From the NCBI GenBank assembly GCA_043821645.1, contig JBDRCO010000043.1, forward strand, positions 1 through 64,000: DNA of 64,000 nucleotides, in the 5' to 3' direction. The stretch comes from Pseudomonadota bacterium (GTDB taxonomy: Bacteria; Myxococcota; JACRCW01; JAFGSX01). Made by a program: the position numbers and the translations under genes. This document shows positions 9,812-20,900 of the stretch, piece by piece. Position 1 is the stretch's first letter, and each line of letters opens with the position of its first letter. Below the pieces are notes generated by a model. That model was not told the origin of the DNA and searched no databases. It was given only the letters and a program-made list of their open reading frames with translations.

Positions 9812-10276
9812 ATGGACGTGAAGCTGGTCAAGGCTTTGCTGAGGATGTTCGAGGCGTCGTCCATCCACGAACTCGAGGTCCAGAGCGGTGACGACAAGGT
9901 GCGCCTGGTGCGGTCCGGAGCCAGCCAGGCGCCGGCTGCCTTCGCGCCACCGCCGTCCCTGCCGGTCCAGGCCGTCCCCCTTGCAGCACCCGAGCCTGTG
10001 AGCCCAGGCGGAAACGGCCACCGGCCGGAGCCCGAGGGGCAAATGGTCAAGGCGCCCATGGTCGGAACCTTCTACCGCGCACCGTCGCCTGCCGCGCCGC
10101 CCTTTGTCGATCTCGGCACGCTGGTGCAGCAGGGTCAGGTCGTGTGCATCATCGAAGCCATGAAGATGATGAACGAGATCGAGGCAGACTGCTCGGGACG
10201 GGTTGCCGAGGTCTACGTCGAGAACGGCCAGCCCGTCGAGTACGACCACCCGCTGTTCCGCATCGCGCCCGCATGA
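9812..10276 (+). CDS. accB: Acetyl-CoA carboxylase biotin carboxyl carrier protein
   Basis: [21 protein letters not shown] biotinylation motif, Pro/Ala linker. Confidence 0.96.
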   Translation: MDVKLVKALLRMFEASSIHELEVQSGDDKVRLVRSGASQAPAAFAPPPSLPVQAVPLAAPEPVSPGGNGHRPEPEGQMVKAPMVGTFYRAPSPAAPPFVDLGTLVQQGQVVCIIEAMKMMNEIEADCSGRVAEVYVENGQPVEYDHPLFRIAPA

Positions 10277-11670
10277 GTGCGCGTGTGCCGGGGTCCCGCA
10301 TCGTGCGCCCCTTCGAGAAGATCCTGGTCGCCAACCGAGGCGAGATCGCCCTGCGCATCATTCGTGCTGCGCAGGAGCTGGGTATCCCCACGGTGGCCGT
10401 GCACAGCACAGCTGATGCCGACAGCCTCCACGTGCGTTTCGCCGACGAGGCCATCTGCATCGGCCCGCCACCAGCGCGGGACAGCTACCTCAATATCCCG
10501 GCCATCATGAGCGCGGCCGAGATCACGGGCGCCGACGCCATTCACCCAGGCTACGGTTTCCTCGCCGAGAGTGCGCAGTTCGCAGGGGTGTGCGAGACCT
10601 GCGGCATCGAGTTCATCGGCCCCTCGGCAGCCAGCATTCACCTTCTTGGCAACAAGATCGAGGCGCGTCGCGCGGCCCAGACCGCGGGGCTGCCCTTGCT
10701 CCCGGGAAGTGACGGCGTGATCACGGACGCCACGCATGCGGCGCAACTGGTCCGGGAGATCGGCCTTCCGGTGATCCTCAAGGCGGCAGCCGGTGGCGGC
10801 GGCCGCGGCATGAAGGTCATCCGCGACGTCGAGAACCTGGAACAGGCCTTCGAGTCGGCCTCGTCCGAGGCCAAGGCGGCCTTCGGCGATGGCTCCATGT
10901 TCCTCGAGCGCTACGTCGAGCAACCGCGCCACGTCGAGATCCAGATCGCGGCAGATGCCCATGGCCACATCGTGCACCTGGGCGAGCGCGAGTGCTCGGT
11001 GCAACGCCGGCACCAGAAGCTCATCGAGGAGTCGCCCTCCCCTGCCGTCGACGCGGCCCTGCGCGCGCGCATGGGCAGCGACGCAGTGCAGCTCCTCAAG
11101 AGTGTGGGGTATCGCAACCTGGGAACCGTGGAGATGCTGCTCGACGAGCAGGGGCGCTACTACTTCATGGAGGTCAACACCCGCATCCAGGTCGAGCACC
11201 CGGTCACCGAGCAGGTCACGGGTATCGATCTCGCCCAGCTCCAGATCCGCATCGCGGCCGGTGAGCGTCTGCCCTTCACCCAGGACAAGATCGTCCTGCG
11301 CGGCCACGCCATCGAGTGCCGGGTGACCGCCGAGGACCCCAACAACTTCGCGCCATCGCCTGGCACCATCACGGCCTACAACAAACCTGGCGGCCTCGGC
11401 GTGCGCGTGGACGACGCGGTGTGCGACGGCAGCAAGGTGCTGCCCACCTATGACTCGATGATCGCCAAGCTGATCGTGTGGGCCGACAGCCGCGACCAGG
11501 CCATCGCACGCATGCGGCGAGCCTTGAGCGAGTACATCATCGAGGGTGTTCGGACGAGCATCCCCTTTCACCTGCGGGCGCTGAACTCCCCGCTGTTTCA
11601 GAGCGGACGCTACGACACCACCTTCGTGCAGAAGCTGCGCGAGAGTGAAGCCCTGCCACCCGCGGCCTGA
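10273..11670 (+). CDS. accC: Biotin carboxylase
   Basis: [66 protein letters not shown] overlap with accB. Confidence 0.97.
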   Translation: MSARVPGSRIVRPFEKILVANRGEIALRIIRAAQELGIPTVAVHSTADADSLHVRFADEAICIGPPPARDSYLNIPAIMSAAEITGADAIHPGYGFLAESAQFAGVCETCGIEFIGPSAASIHLLGNKIEARRAAQTAGLPLLPGSDGVITDATHAAQLVREIGLPVILKAAAGGGGRGMKVIRDVENLEQAFESASSEAKAAFGDGSMFLERYVEQPRHVEIQIAADAHGHIVHLGERECSVQRRHQKLIEESPSPAVDAALRARMGSDAVQLLKSVGYRNLGTVEMLLDEQGRYYFMEVNTRIQVEHPVTEQVTGIDLAQLQIRIAAGERLPFTQDKIVLRGHAIECRVTAEDPNNFAPSPGTITAYNKPGGLGVRVDDAVCDGSKVLPTYDSMIAKLIVWADSRDQAIARMRRALSEYIIEGVRTSIPFHLRALNSPLFQSGRYDTTFVQKLRESEALPPAA

Positions 11671-11734
11671 TCGAGCGTCGGCGAGGCGACGAAACAAATC
11701 TCCTGCCTGGTATCGCAGCCCGAGGGGACCCGAG

Positions 11735-14065
11735 ATGAGCGAACACGAGTCCGTCGAAAGGGCCACGGGCACAGCGGCACCGCACGGTGCTCATGCGCTC
11801 GATCTGGATCTGTTCCTGATCAGTTTCGCGATCCTCTTTCTCGAGCTGGCCTGCATCCGCTGGTTCGGCTCGACCGTCATCTTCTTGACGTACTTCACGA
11901 ACATCGTCCTGCTGGCCTGCTTCCTCGGCATGAGCGTCGGCAGCATGCTGGCAAACCGGCCTGGCAACCTGGCCAGCAGCGTGCTGCCTCTGTGCGCCGT
12001 GGGAGTCGCTGCTGCGTGGAACATCGCCTGGCTCTACCAGTCGGAGCTCGGCCTGGTCATCGATGTCGGCCGTCAAAGCGCACCCGAACTCATCTACTTC
12101 GGCGCCGAGTACAGGACCGCAGATCCGACGGCCTTCATCGTCCCCATCGAGCTGGTGGCCGGTCTTTTCTTCGTGCTCATCTCCCTGATGTTCGTCGGCC
12201 TCGGCCAGGTGCTCGGCCGCGCCTTCGCTGCGAGCCCGGATCGCGTTCGCGGTTACCTCGCCAACGTCTTGGGCTCAATTGCCGGAATCGTCGCCTTCGG
12301 CGCACTGTCTTACCTCGAGACCTCGCCGCTGATCTGGTTTGCCGTGGCGCTCGCACTGATCCTGCGCTTCGTCCCTCGGCTCAACTGGCTTCAGCTCGGT
12401 GCCCAGATGGCCACCCTGATCGTCGTCGCCATGACCGCCTACGGCGCTGACGAGCCAGGAGATCTGACCTGGTCGCCCTACTACAAGATCCTCCACAATC
12501 GCGAAGCACGCGTCATCGTCGCCAACAACATCGGGCATCAGGAGATGAAGGCTTTGCCTCGAGAAGGCGAGCTCTACCTCCTGCCTCACATGCTGCTGCA
12601 TGATTCCGTCACCGAGCCCAGCTCGACCCCCGATGCGAGCGGAACCACCGGCCACGCTGCCGCGCCGGCACCGGTGTTCGAGGACGTGCTGGTCATCGGG
12701 GCGGGCTCCGGCAACGACGTAACCGCTGCCTTGCTGGCAGGTGCCCGCCACGTGGACGCCGTCGAGATCGATCCTGCCATCTATCGCATCGGCAGGGATC
12801 ATCACCCCAACCGCCCCTACTTGGATCCGCGTGTCGAGGTCCATCTCGACGACGGCCGGGGCTTCCTGCGGCGCACCGACCGTCAGTATGACCTGGTGGT
12901 CTACGCCTTGGTGGATTCCCTTGTGCTGCACTCGGCGTACTCGAGCCTCCGGCTCGAGAGCTTTCTCTTCACCGAGGAGGCGTTTCGCGACATCGCCCGG
13001 CACCTGAAGCCGGGTGGCCTGTTCGCCATGTACAACTACTATCGGCAGGGCTGGGTCGTCGGCCGCCTGGTCGAGCTCGCGCGCCGGAGCTTTGGCAGCG
13101 AACCCCTCGTCCTGTCGCTGCCCCCTTTGGACAAGATCGCGCCCGAGGATTCCCAGGCCGGGCACTACACGGTCGTCCTCGCCGGACGTCCCCCGGTCGC
13201 GGGCCAGCCAGCGGCCCTGGACAGCATCCGCGCGCAATTCGCGCATTCCGGCAGCTACTGGCTGAGCGCGGTGCCTGCCATCAACATCGCCCACAATAGC
13301 TTTGGTGCCGTGGCCCCCTCCCCGCTCGAACTCGCCGAGCTCCGCAACGTGCCCTGGATGCAGCTTCGGCCCACCGCCGTCGAGACCGCGGGAAGCGGAC
13401 GCCTTCCCGACGACAACTGGCCTTTCTTGTACCTGCGACGCGCCAGCATTCCAGCGCACAACGTCCACGGCATGCTCATCATCGCCGCGCTCTCGCTCTT
13501 GATGCTGCTGGTTGCGACCCGGGGTCAGCAGCGCAGACTGAGCGGTCGCATGTTCTTTCTGGGGGCCGGCTTCATGCTGCTCGAGACGAAGGGTGTGGTT
13601 CACATGGCCCTGCTCTTCGGCTCAACGTGGATGGTGAACTCGGTGGTGTTCTTGACCATCTTGCTCTTCATTGCGCTTGCCAATCTGTTTGTTCTGCGCT
13701 TCACGCCGCGGCGGCTCTGGCCTGCCTACGTGCTCGTCGTGGCAAGCCTGGCGCTCAACATGGTGATCCCCATGGCGAGCTTTCTCAGCCTGGACGAACC
13801 CTACCGGACCTCGCTGTCCTGCCTGGTCGTCTTTGCGCCGGTGTTCTTTGCCGGTGTGATTTTCGCCACCGCGTTTCGCGATAGCGCACAGCCAGACCTC
13901 GACTATGGTTCCAACGTCGCTGGAGTCATTCTTGGCGGACTTGCCGAGTACTTTTCGCTGGTGGTGGGATTCAACGGGCTCATCGCCATAGCGCTGGGCT
14001 TCTACCTGCTATCGTGGGTGCTCCGGCCCGGGTGGATTGGTGCGTTGCGCAACCGCGTCGTGTGA
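11735..14065 (+). CDS. Multi-TM membrane protein with a central spermidine-synthase-like SAM-binding domain
   Basis: N- and C-terminal TM bundles flank VLVIGAGSGNDV, DAVEIDP, DDGRGFL, YDLVVYALVDS, HLKPGG and DDNWPFLY. Confidence 0.8.
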   Translation: MSEHESVERATGTAAPHGAHALDLDLFLISFAILFLELACIRWFGSTVIFLTYFTNIVLLACFLGMSVGSMLANRPGNLASSVLPLCAVGVAAAWNIAWLYQSELGLVIDVGRQSAPELIYFGAEYRTADPTAFIVPIELVAGLFFVLISLMFVGLGQVLGRAFAASPDRVRGYLANVLGSIAGIVAFGALSYLETSPLIWFAVALALILRFVPRLNWLQLGAQMATLIVVAMTAYGADEPGDLTWSPYYKILHNREARVIVANNIGHQEMKALPREGELYLLPHMLLHDSVTEPSSTPDASGTTGHAAAPAPVFEDVLVIGAGSGNDVTAALLAGARHVDAVEIDPAIYRIGRDHHPNRPYLDPRVEVHLDDGRGFLRRTDRQYDLVVYALVDSLVLHSAYSSLRLESFLFTEEAFRDIARHLKPGGLFAMYNYYRQGWVVGRLVELARRSFGSEPLVLSLPPLDKIAPEDSQAGHYTVVLAGRPPVAGQPAALDSIRAQFAHSGSYWLSAVPAINIAHNSFGAVAPSPLELAELRNVPWMQLRPTAVETAGSGRLPDDNWPFLYLRRASIPAHNVHGMLIIAALSLLMLLVATRGQQRRLSGRMFFLGAGFMLLETKGVVHMALLFGSTWMVNSVVFLTILLFIALANLFVLRFTPRRLWPAYVLVVASLALNMVIPMASFLSLDEPYRTSLSCLVVFAPVFFAGVIFATAFRDSAQPDLDYGSNVAGVILGGLAEYFSLVVGFNGLIAIALGFYLLSWVLRPGWIGALRNRVV

Positions 14066-14328
14066 GCCAGGCAGGTCGAGCGGCCGCCTGTCTCCTCGCC
14101 TTTGGCCCCCATCGCACAGCCCCTGAGCGTGCCCGACCACGAGAAGGTGTCGTGCCCTGGACGCGTCCCGGTATACGATGCGAGCGAGGGGTGCCTTCCT
14201 GGGTTGTCTCCCTGTGCCCACAGGCCCGGGACCGCCCTGTCCATTCACCTGCTGGCGTCGTCCTGGCGTGCTCTCGGAGGGTGGCATCATGACGACATGC
14301 GCTCGCAGTTCGAGAAGGGAGTGTCGCC

Positions 14329-15423
14329 GTGCGCGTGCCTGAATCCCTGGTTCCGCTGGTCGAACAGGGGGTCATCGAGGAGGTCCTGCGGCCGCTGATG
14401 AGTGGCAAGGAAGCGCAGGTCTACCTCGTCATGGCGCACGGTCAGCAGTGCGTCGCCAAGGTTTACAAGCAGGCCAACGACCGGACCTTCAAGCATCGTT
14501 CGGAGTACATCGAGGGCCGGCAGGTTCGAAACACCCGCGACCAGCGCGCCATGACCAAGGGCAGCACCTACGGGCGGGCGAAACAGGAGGCGGGCTGGAG
14601 TGACGTCGAGGCAGATGTCATCTTCCGCCTCAGGGACGCGGGCGTACGCGTACCCGAGCCCATGGCGTACGTCGACAATGTGCTGGTGATGGAGCTGGTC
14701 ATCGACCGCAAAGGCGACCCCGCACTGCGCCTGGCAGATCTGACCTTGCAGCAGAAGCAGGCAGAGGAGGTCTTCGACGGACTGATCCAGGAGGTCAGGA
14801 GGATGCTGTGCGCCGGACTGGTGCACGGAGATCTGTCCGAGTTCAACATCCTGGCCGGACGCAAGGGCGCCGTGATCATCGACTTCCCGCAGGCCGTCGA
14901 GGCCTCGACCAACCGCAACGCCCGCAAGCTCTTGATCCGGGACACCGGCAACCTGACCCGCTTCTTCGGGCGCTTCAGTGGCCGCCTGCGTTCGCTGCGC
15001 TACGGTGAGGAGATGTGGGATCTCTACGAACGTGGCGAGTTGACACCCGACACCCTTCTCACCGGGCGCTACAAGTCCACCAAGGGTAAAGTCGAGGTGT
15101 CGTCGATGCTGGCGGAGATACAGGAAGCAGAGCGCGAGAATCGCGATCGTCGCGTGGCTCTGGGCTTGCCTCCGGCACGCCCGGCCCGGCAGCCGCACCG
15201 CCCGCCCGAGAACAGGCCCGCGGTCGCGGCCAAGCCCGAGCTCAGGACAGAACGAAAGCCCGATCGTGCGCGCCATCGGCCCAGCTCCAACCCCAGAGCC
15301 AAGCCCAAGCCCGAACAGCGCGCCGATGCCCAGCGAATGGCCGCCCCGGCGCCGCCCGCCAAGCCACAGCGCCGGCGCTGGAGGCGACGAAAGACCCCAG
15401 GAGGCGGAGCGCCAGGTGTCTAG
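14329..15423 (+). CDS. RIO1-family (PA4780-like) protein kinase
   Basis: LMSGKEAQVY, AKVYK, LVHGDLSEFNIL, IIDFPQAV, plus a Pro/Arg-rich low-complexity tail. GTG start after AAGGGAG. Confidence 0.88.
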   Translation: MRVPESLVPLVEQGVIEEVLRPLMSGKEAQVYLVMAHGQQCVAKVYKQANDRTFKHRSEYIEGRQVRNTRDQRAMTKGSTYGRAKQEAGWSDVEADVIFRLRDAGVRVPEPMAYVDNVLVMELVIDRKGDPALRLADLTLQQKQAEEVFDGLIQEVRRMLCAGLVHGDLSEFNILAGRKGAVIIDFPQAVEASTNRNARKLLIRDTGNLTRFFGRFSGRLRSLRYGEEMWDLYERGELTPDTLLTGRYKSTKGKVEVSSMLAEIQEAERENRDRRVALGLPPARPARQPHRPPENRPAVAAKPELRTERKPDRARHRPSSNPRAKPKPEQRADAQRMAAPAPPAKPQRRRWRRRKTPGGGAPGV

Positions 15424-15506
15424 GGCTCGAAAATGTGGATTCCGGGCGCTACGATGTAGCGCGTGTTGTCTCAGATCCATCACTCCGCCACCCCCGGGAG
15501 GGCACC

Positions 15507-15773
15507 ATGGCCATAGGCTGGGCTCGCGACGGAGCCGTTCAGGAACAGATCGACGCCAGCGTCGAGGACGCGGTCGCCCGCGCCAGGAGCCGACTGCCCC
15601 GGGGCGAGAGTCTCAGGTACTGCGCGGATTGCGACGAGGAGATCCCCGAGGCGCGACGTCAGGCAGTGCCAGGTGTGCGCCTGTGCATCACCTGCCAGGC
15701 AACGCTCGATGCGCAGCACAGCGCTCACAGCCTGTACAACAGGCGCGGCAGCAAGGACAGCCAGCTCAAGTAA
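15507..15773 (+). CDS. ybiI: DksA/TraR-family C4 zinc-finger protein (YbiI-like)
   Basis: 88 aa: GWARDGAVQEQID...GESLRYCADCDEEIPEARRQAVPGVRLCITCQ...YNRRGSKDSQLK. Confidence 0.88.
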   Translation: MAIGWARDGAVQEQIDASVEDAVARARSRLPRGESLRYCADCDEEIPEARRQAVPGVRLCITCQATLDAQHSAHSLYNRRGSKDSQLK

Positions 15774-15956
15774 GGGTCGCGGCGACGGCGCGAGACCTCC
15801 ACAGGGATCCCGTGTTGCTGCGCACAGCGTTGGCGCTTGGTATGTAGCCCGAGGCTGCAAGGTTCGCCTGCCTCCGCCCGGTGACGCGGTCGAGGTCGCC
15901 ATGGCCTTTGTCCTGTTTCCCTGCCCGGAGTTCTGGAGATGGCGATCGGAGTTCGC

Positions 15957-16937
15957 ATGAGCGGCTCGATGATCGAGGTTCGCGCGCTGGCCCGCCGCTT
16001 CGGGAAACTCGAGGCGGTCAGGGGTGTGTCCTTCGACGTGGCCGAGGGCGAGATCTTCGGCTTCCTCGGGCCCAACGGGGCCGGCAAGACGACCACGATC
16101 AACATGCTGTGCACGCTGCTCAGGCCCCTGAGCGGAACGGCGAGAGTCCACGGCTTCGATGTCGCGAGCCAGCGCAGCGAAGTGCGCCGCTCCATCGGAC
16201 TGGTGTTCCAGCAACCCACACTCGACGAGTACCTGTCGGCCGAGCAGAACCTGCGCTTTCACGCCTACGCCTACAATGTCCCGCGCGAGGTCCGCGAGAG
16301 CCGCATCCACGACCTGCTGACCATGGTCGAGCTGTGGGATCGCCGCGCGACCAGCGTGCGCACCTTCTCGGGTGGCATGAAGCGCCGGCTCGAGATCGCC
16401 CGTGGCCTGCTGCACCACCCGCGCGTGCTGTTCCTCGACGAGCCCACCCTGGGGCTCGATCCCCAGACCCGGCGTCACATCTGGGACTACCTCAACGAGC
16501 TGCGGGCACGCGAGGAGCTGACGATCTTCTTGACCACGCACTACATGGACGAGGCCGAGCACGCGAGCCGCATCGCGGTCATCGACCACGGTGAGATCGT
16601 CGCCCTGGACACGCCCGATGCGTTGAAGACCGCCGTCGGCGGGGACACCCTCACGCTGACGACGGACGACGTGGCGGCGGCCGAGCTCGAGTTGCGCCAG
16701 AAGTACCAGGTCGAACCCACGCACCGGGGCGGCCAGCTCTCGTTCCAGGTCCCCCACGGCGAGACCTTCTTGCCCGAGTTCGTGCGCAGCTTCAGCCGGC
16801 CGCTGCAATCGATAGGCCTGCGCCGACCCACCCTGGACGATGTGTTCCTCAACCTGACCGGCCGCGAGATCCGGGACGGGGAGCTCAGCGAGCGCGAGCT
16901 GCTCAGCCACCACGGTCCGCGGCGAGGGCACCACTGA
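15957..16937 (+). CDS. ABC-2 (DrrA-like) exporter ATP-binding protein
   Basis: GPNGAGKTT, FSGGMKRRLEIARG, LFLDEPT, TTHYMDEAE, C-terminal PTLDDVFL. Confidence 0.92.
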   Translation: MSGSMIEVRALARRFGKLEAVRGVSFDVAEGEIFGFLGPNGAGKTTTINMLCTLLRPLSGTARVHGFDVASQRSEVRRSIGLVFQQPTLDEYLSAEQNLRFHAYAYNVPREVRESRIHDLLTMVELWDRRATSVRTFSGGMKRRLEIARGLLHHPRVLFLDEPTLGLDPQTRRHIWDYLNELRAREELTIFLTTHYMDEAEHASRIAVIDHGEIVALDTPDALKTAVGGDTLTLTTDDVAAAELELRQKYQVEPTHRGGQLSFQVPHGETFLPEFVRSFSRPLQSIGLRRPTLDDVFLNLTGREIRDGELSERELLSHHGPRRGHH

Positions 16938-17734
16938 TGCTGGCCGAGACCTGGCGCGGAACCTGGGTGGTGGCCTATCGCGAGATCCTGCGCTTTGTCG
17001 CGGAGCGCTCGCGCTTGGTTTCTTCGATCCTGTTCCCGCTGCTGTTCCTGGTCATCTTCGGAGCCGGCTTCTCCAACGTCATCGGCAACCTGGCGCCCGG
17101 GGTGGACTTCGTGAAGTTCATGTACCCCGGCATCCTCGCGATGACGGTGCTGACCACCTCGCTGTTCGCGGGTGTGTCCGTGGTCTGGGATCGCGAGTAC
17201 GGCTTTCTCAAGGAGATCCTGGTTGCGCCCATAGGACGCGTGGGGATCGTCCTGGGCAAGGCGATAGGCGCCATGGTGCAGGCCCTGATCCAGGTGGCGA
17301 TCATGCTGCTGCTGGCACCCTTCGTGGGCGTCTCCCTTGGCCCAGTGGTCGTCCTGAAGATGATCCCGCTGGCCGCGCTGCTGTCGCTCTCCCTGTCGTC
17401 GCTGGGCATCTTGCTGGCGTCGTTCATGCGATCGCAGCAAGGCTTCCAGCTCATCATGCAGATCCTGATCTTCCCGATGATCTTCCTGGCTGGCGTGTTC
17501 TTTCCGGTCAACCGGGTTCCGACCTGGGTCGCGGTCATCTCCAAGCTCAACCCCCTGACCTACGGCGTGGACGCCATCCGCCAGCTCCTCCTTGGGCCGA
17601 GCCCGTCTGGTTCGGCAATCGGTGTGACGGTGCTCGCCCATACCATGACCCTCGCCGAGGACGTCGCGGTCATGGGCCTGCTGGCAGCGGTGCTGCTCGC
17701 CGTCGCCACCTGGGCTTTCAGCCGTCAGGAGTAG
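16937..17734 (+). CDS. ABC-2 (DrrB-like) exporter permease
   Basis: About 6 TMs, DREYGFLKEILVAP, NPLTYGVDAIR. TGATG overlap with the ATPase gene. Confidence 0.9.
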   Translation: MLAETWRGTWVVAYREILRFVAERSRLVSSILFPLLFLVIFGAGFSNVIGNLAPGVDFVKFMYPGILAMTVLTTSLFAGVSVVWDREYGFLKEILVAPIGRVGIVLGKAIGAMVQALIQVAIMLLLAPFVGVSLGPVVVLKMIPLAALLSLSLSSLGILLASFMRSQQGFQLIMQILIFPMIFLAGVFFPVNRVPTWVAVISKLNPLTYGVDAIRQLLLGPSPSGSAIGVTVLAHTMTLAEDVAVMGLLAAVLLAVATWAFSRQE

Positions 17735-17967
17735 CCAGGCCAGGCGCACCCATCTGTCTCGGGGCATGCCCAGCGAGGCCCCGGTCGCAACGGAGCTCGG
17801 CGGTGACGCAGTCACAGGCCTGGTCTTCTCCACCCCCGGGTTCTGATGGCAGCTGGAGCTTCGAGTACAGACTCAAGAGCAATGGCTCGGTGTTCGACTC
17901 GGGCTCGGGAATGTCGCACCACGCGAACTGAGCGCACACCGCCCACCATCGAACGGCTCGAGGCCGA

Positions 17968-20900
17968 TCAGAAGCCGACGCTCACACATCCCTCGGCCGC
18001 GACCTTGCCGCTGACCCCGCCCTTGATGTCGGAAAAGCCGATCGACTTGGTCATCGACTCCCGCACCTGGTCGAAGAAGGCCTCGGGATCGTAGTCGAGA
18101 AGGTCGGAGGAGAGCCCTGGACCATCGTGGTCCCAGCCCTCCTGACCATCCCAGGTCGCCTTGTCGCCGAGTGGACCTATGCCTCCTCCAGCCTCGAAGG
18201 ACAGTTTGCCGCAGTCGGTGAGCCTGCCCTTGGCGCCGATCGAGAGCGGCCCCACATCCAGGCCGACCTCGGCCTTGACCGAGGTGCCGTCCTCGGCCAG
18301 GTCGCCGGCTAGGTCGAGCGAGACATCTTCGCCGTAGCCGAGTCCGATCTCGGCGCAGGCGGAGATGCCGTCGGTGGTGGCGCAGAGCTGACCGCCGCCG
18401 CCGAACAGCTTGTACAGGGAACCGCCCACGCAGATCAGCCCGGTGGGATCGCGATGCCCCACCGGGTCGTTGTGGACGTAGGCGTAGAGGTTGGTCTGCT
18501 TGCCGGCGAAGAAGGCCGGATCGCGCGCCAGCCAGCGGCCCAGCTCGGGGTCGTAGTCGCGCCAGCCAAAGCGCAGCAGCCCCGTGCGTGGGTCGTAGAG
18601 CCCGCCGGCGAAGCCGACACTGTCGGGCAGCTCGGGCCGCGTGTCGGTGAGCACCGTGCGTCGTCCGAAGGCGTCGTAGTCGATCTCGCGCACGACGGCA
18701 CCATCGGCCGCGACGAGCAGGCGCGGTGAACCCAGGTGATCGGTGGCCACGTAGATGCGGCTGCCGTCACGGTCGAAGGCCAGCAGGGCGCCGCGCTCGT
18801 CGTGGTAGTAAAACGCCAGCAGGCCGTCGGGTCCGCGCTCGGCCAGCAGGCGGCTGCGCCGCCCCGGATAGCCGTAGTGGTAGGTGGTGACGCTCACGCC
18901 GTCGTCACGCGCGACACGTCGGCCCAGGGCGTCGTACATGTAGTCGACGGTGGTGTTGCCGTCGTCCGCACTCAGCAGCTCCCCGCGGGTGGCGTAACCG
19001 AGGTTCCAGCCGGCGCGCTGGGTGGTGAATCCATCGATGTCGACGGTGACCGGGGAGCCATTGCTGACGATGATGCGGTCCTGCAGGTCAAAGACCGCGT
19101 CCTCGACGCTACCGCCCCCCAGGCTGCGGCCCAGGCGATTGCCGCGGTCGTCGTAGCTGTAGGCCTCGACCGAGCTGCTGTTCTCGCTGACGTCGAGCAG
19201 CTGGCCGACGTCATCGTAGCTGTAGTCCAGGCTGCGCTGCCAGGCGCCCATGGTCTCGGTCTTCTGGGCGACGCGGCTCAGCCCCTCGTAGACCAGCACC
19301 AGGTCGTAGACCACGGCAGCGTTGACGGTCAGGGTCTTCTGCACCAGCCGGCCGTGTTCGTCGTGGGCCAGGTCCGGGGTGGCGACGCCGTCGCTGTACT
19401 GGTTGGCCAGGCCCGCAGGGCCGTTGCGCTCGACGGTGAAGTCTCCGTAGCCCACCAGGCGCTGCGAGGCATCGCTGACCAGCGGCAGGTCGATGTGATC
19501 GGCACCGCTGTCAAAGACCAGGCGCGAGAAGTTGAGCGCGTTGCTGTACGCATACTGGACCTGGGCCTCGGCCACGCCCTCGCTGACGATCTGGGAAAGC
19601 ACGCCGCTGCTGTACAGGTGGCGGGTGGTCTGCGAGGCGCCATCTGCTTTGCGAACATAACTACTGCGCCATTCGGCGCTGGCGCCAACGGTGTAGGCCT
19701 GGTCGATGACAGCCTCGGCGTAGTCGGTCCGGGCGATCCGCCCCTGCGGATCGTACAGCTGCATCAAGCTGCGGCCGCCGGGAAGCGTGCTGCCGATCAG
19801 CAGGCCCTCGTCGTCGTAGCTGCGCTGGTAACCCGGGTTGAGCCCCGGCGGCTGGTATTCGACCAGCTTGCCGTTGGCGTCGTGGCTGAGGCTGTGGGCC
19901 GCCGGGCCGGGCAGGGTGAGCTGCGCCAGCTGGCCAGCGGCGTTGTGGTCAAAGCCGATCACGCGGCCATCGGGCAGGGTCCTGCTCGCGAGCTGACCCG
20001 CGGCGTCGTAGCTGAAGTCGTATACACCGCCGAGTTCGTTGGCTGCGCTGCTCAGCCGACCGCTGGCGGGGTCGTAGCTGTTGGTCCACTCCAGGGTGCC
20101 CCGGGTGTAGCTCTCGAGCTGACCGTAGCTGTTGTAGAACACCGCCAGCTCGGCGCTGCTGCCGCGCTGACGGGTGATCACCCGGCCCTGGGCATCAAGA
20201 CCCAGCACCTCGACCGAGCCGGTGGGATCGGTGGTGGTGAGGGTGCCCGCAGCGACGTTGTAGTTCAGCGTGTAGGCATCGCCGTTGAGGGTGTTGGTCT
20301 CGGTGTAGCGGGTCATGCTGAGCTTGTCGACGGGGTCGCTGAGTTCGACACTGGCGCTCGACAGCAGAGTGGCGGTCAGCCCGGCGCCGTTCATGATCGT
20401 GCGGGTTACCCGCGCTGCGACCATGCCCCAGCGCGGATCCGGGCCGTACGCACTGTCGATGCTGGCACCGTTGTCGTAGCGCAGCTGCACCTGGCCGCCG
20501 ACCATCTCCAGGCGCGTGGTGCTGGTGCCGCTGGGGGAGAGGCGACGGCGGAACACGTCGCCGTTGCCGCGGTAGCCGATCTCGTAGCGCACCACCCGGC
20601 CGTTGGCGTCGGTGCGCGTGGCCACCGCACCGTCGACCTCCGCGCCGGTGTCGGGGTCAATCACCTGGGCGTCATCGCGAGAAAAGGTCGTGACCCCGGT
20701 GTCCGGGCCGATCTCCTCGATCAACCTGTCGTCCACGTCGTAGCTGAAGTGGTGCAGGCCCCCCTTCGCATCGGTGGCGCTGGTCAGCAGACCGCGATCG
20801 TCACAGGCAAAGGTGCGCAGACCCCGGGCGCTGTCGACGGCGTCGAGGTAGCCATTGCTGTCGACGCTGAGCTGGGTCTGCTCGCCATTGGGGGCGATGA

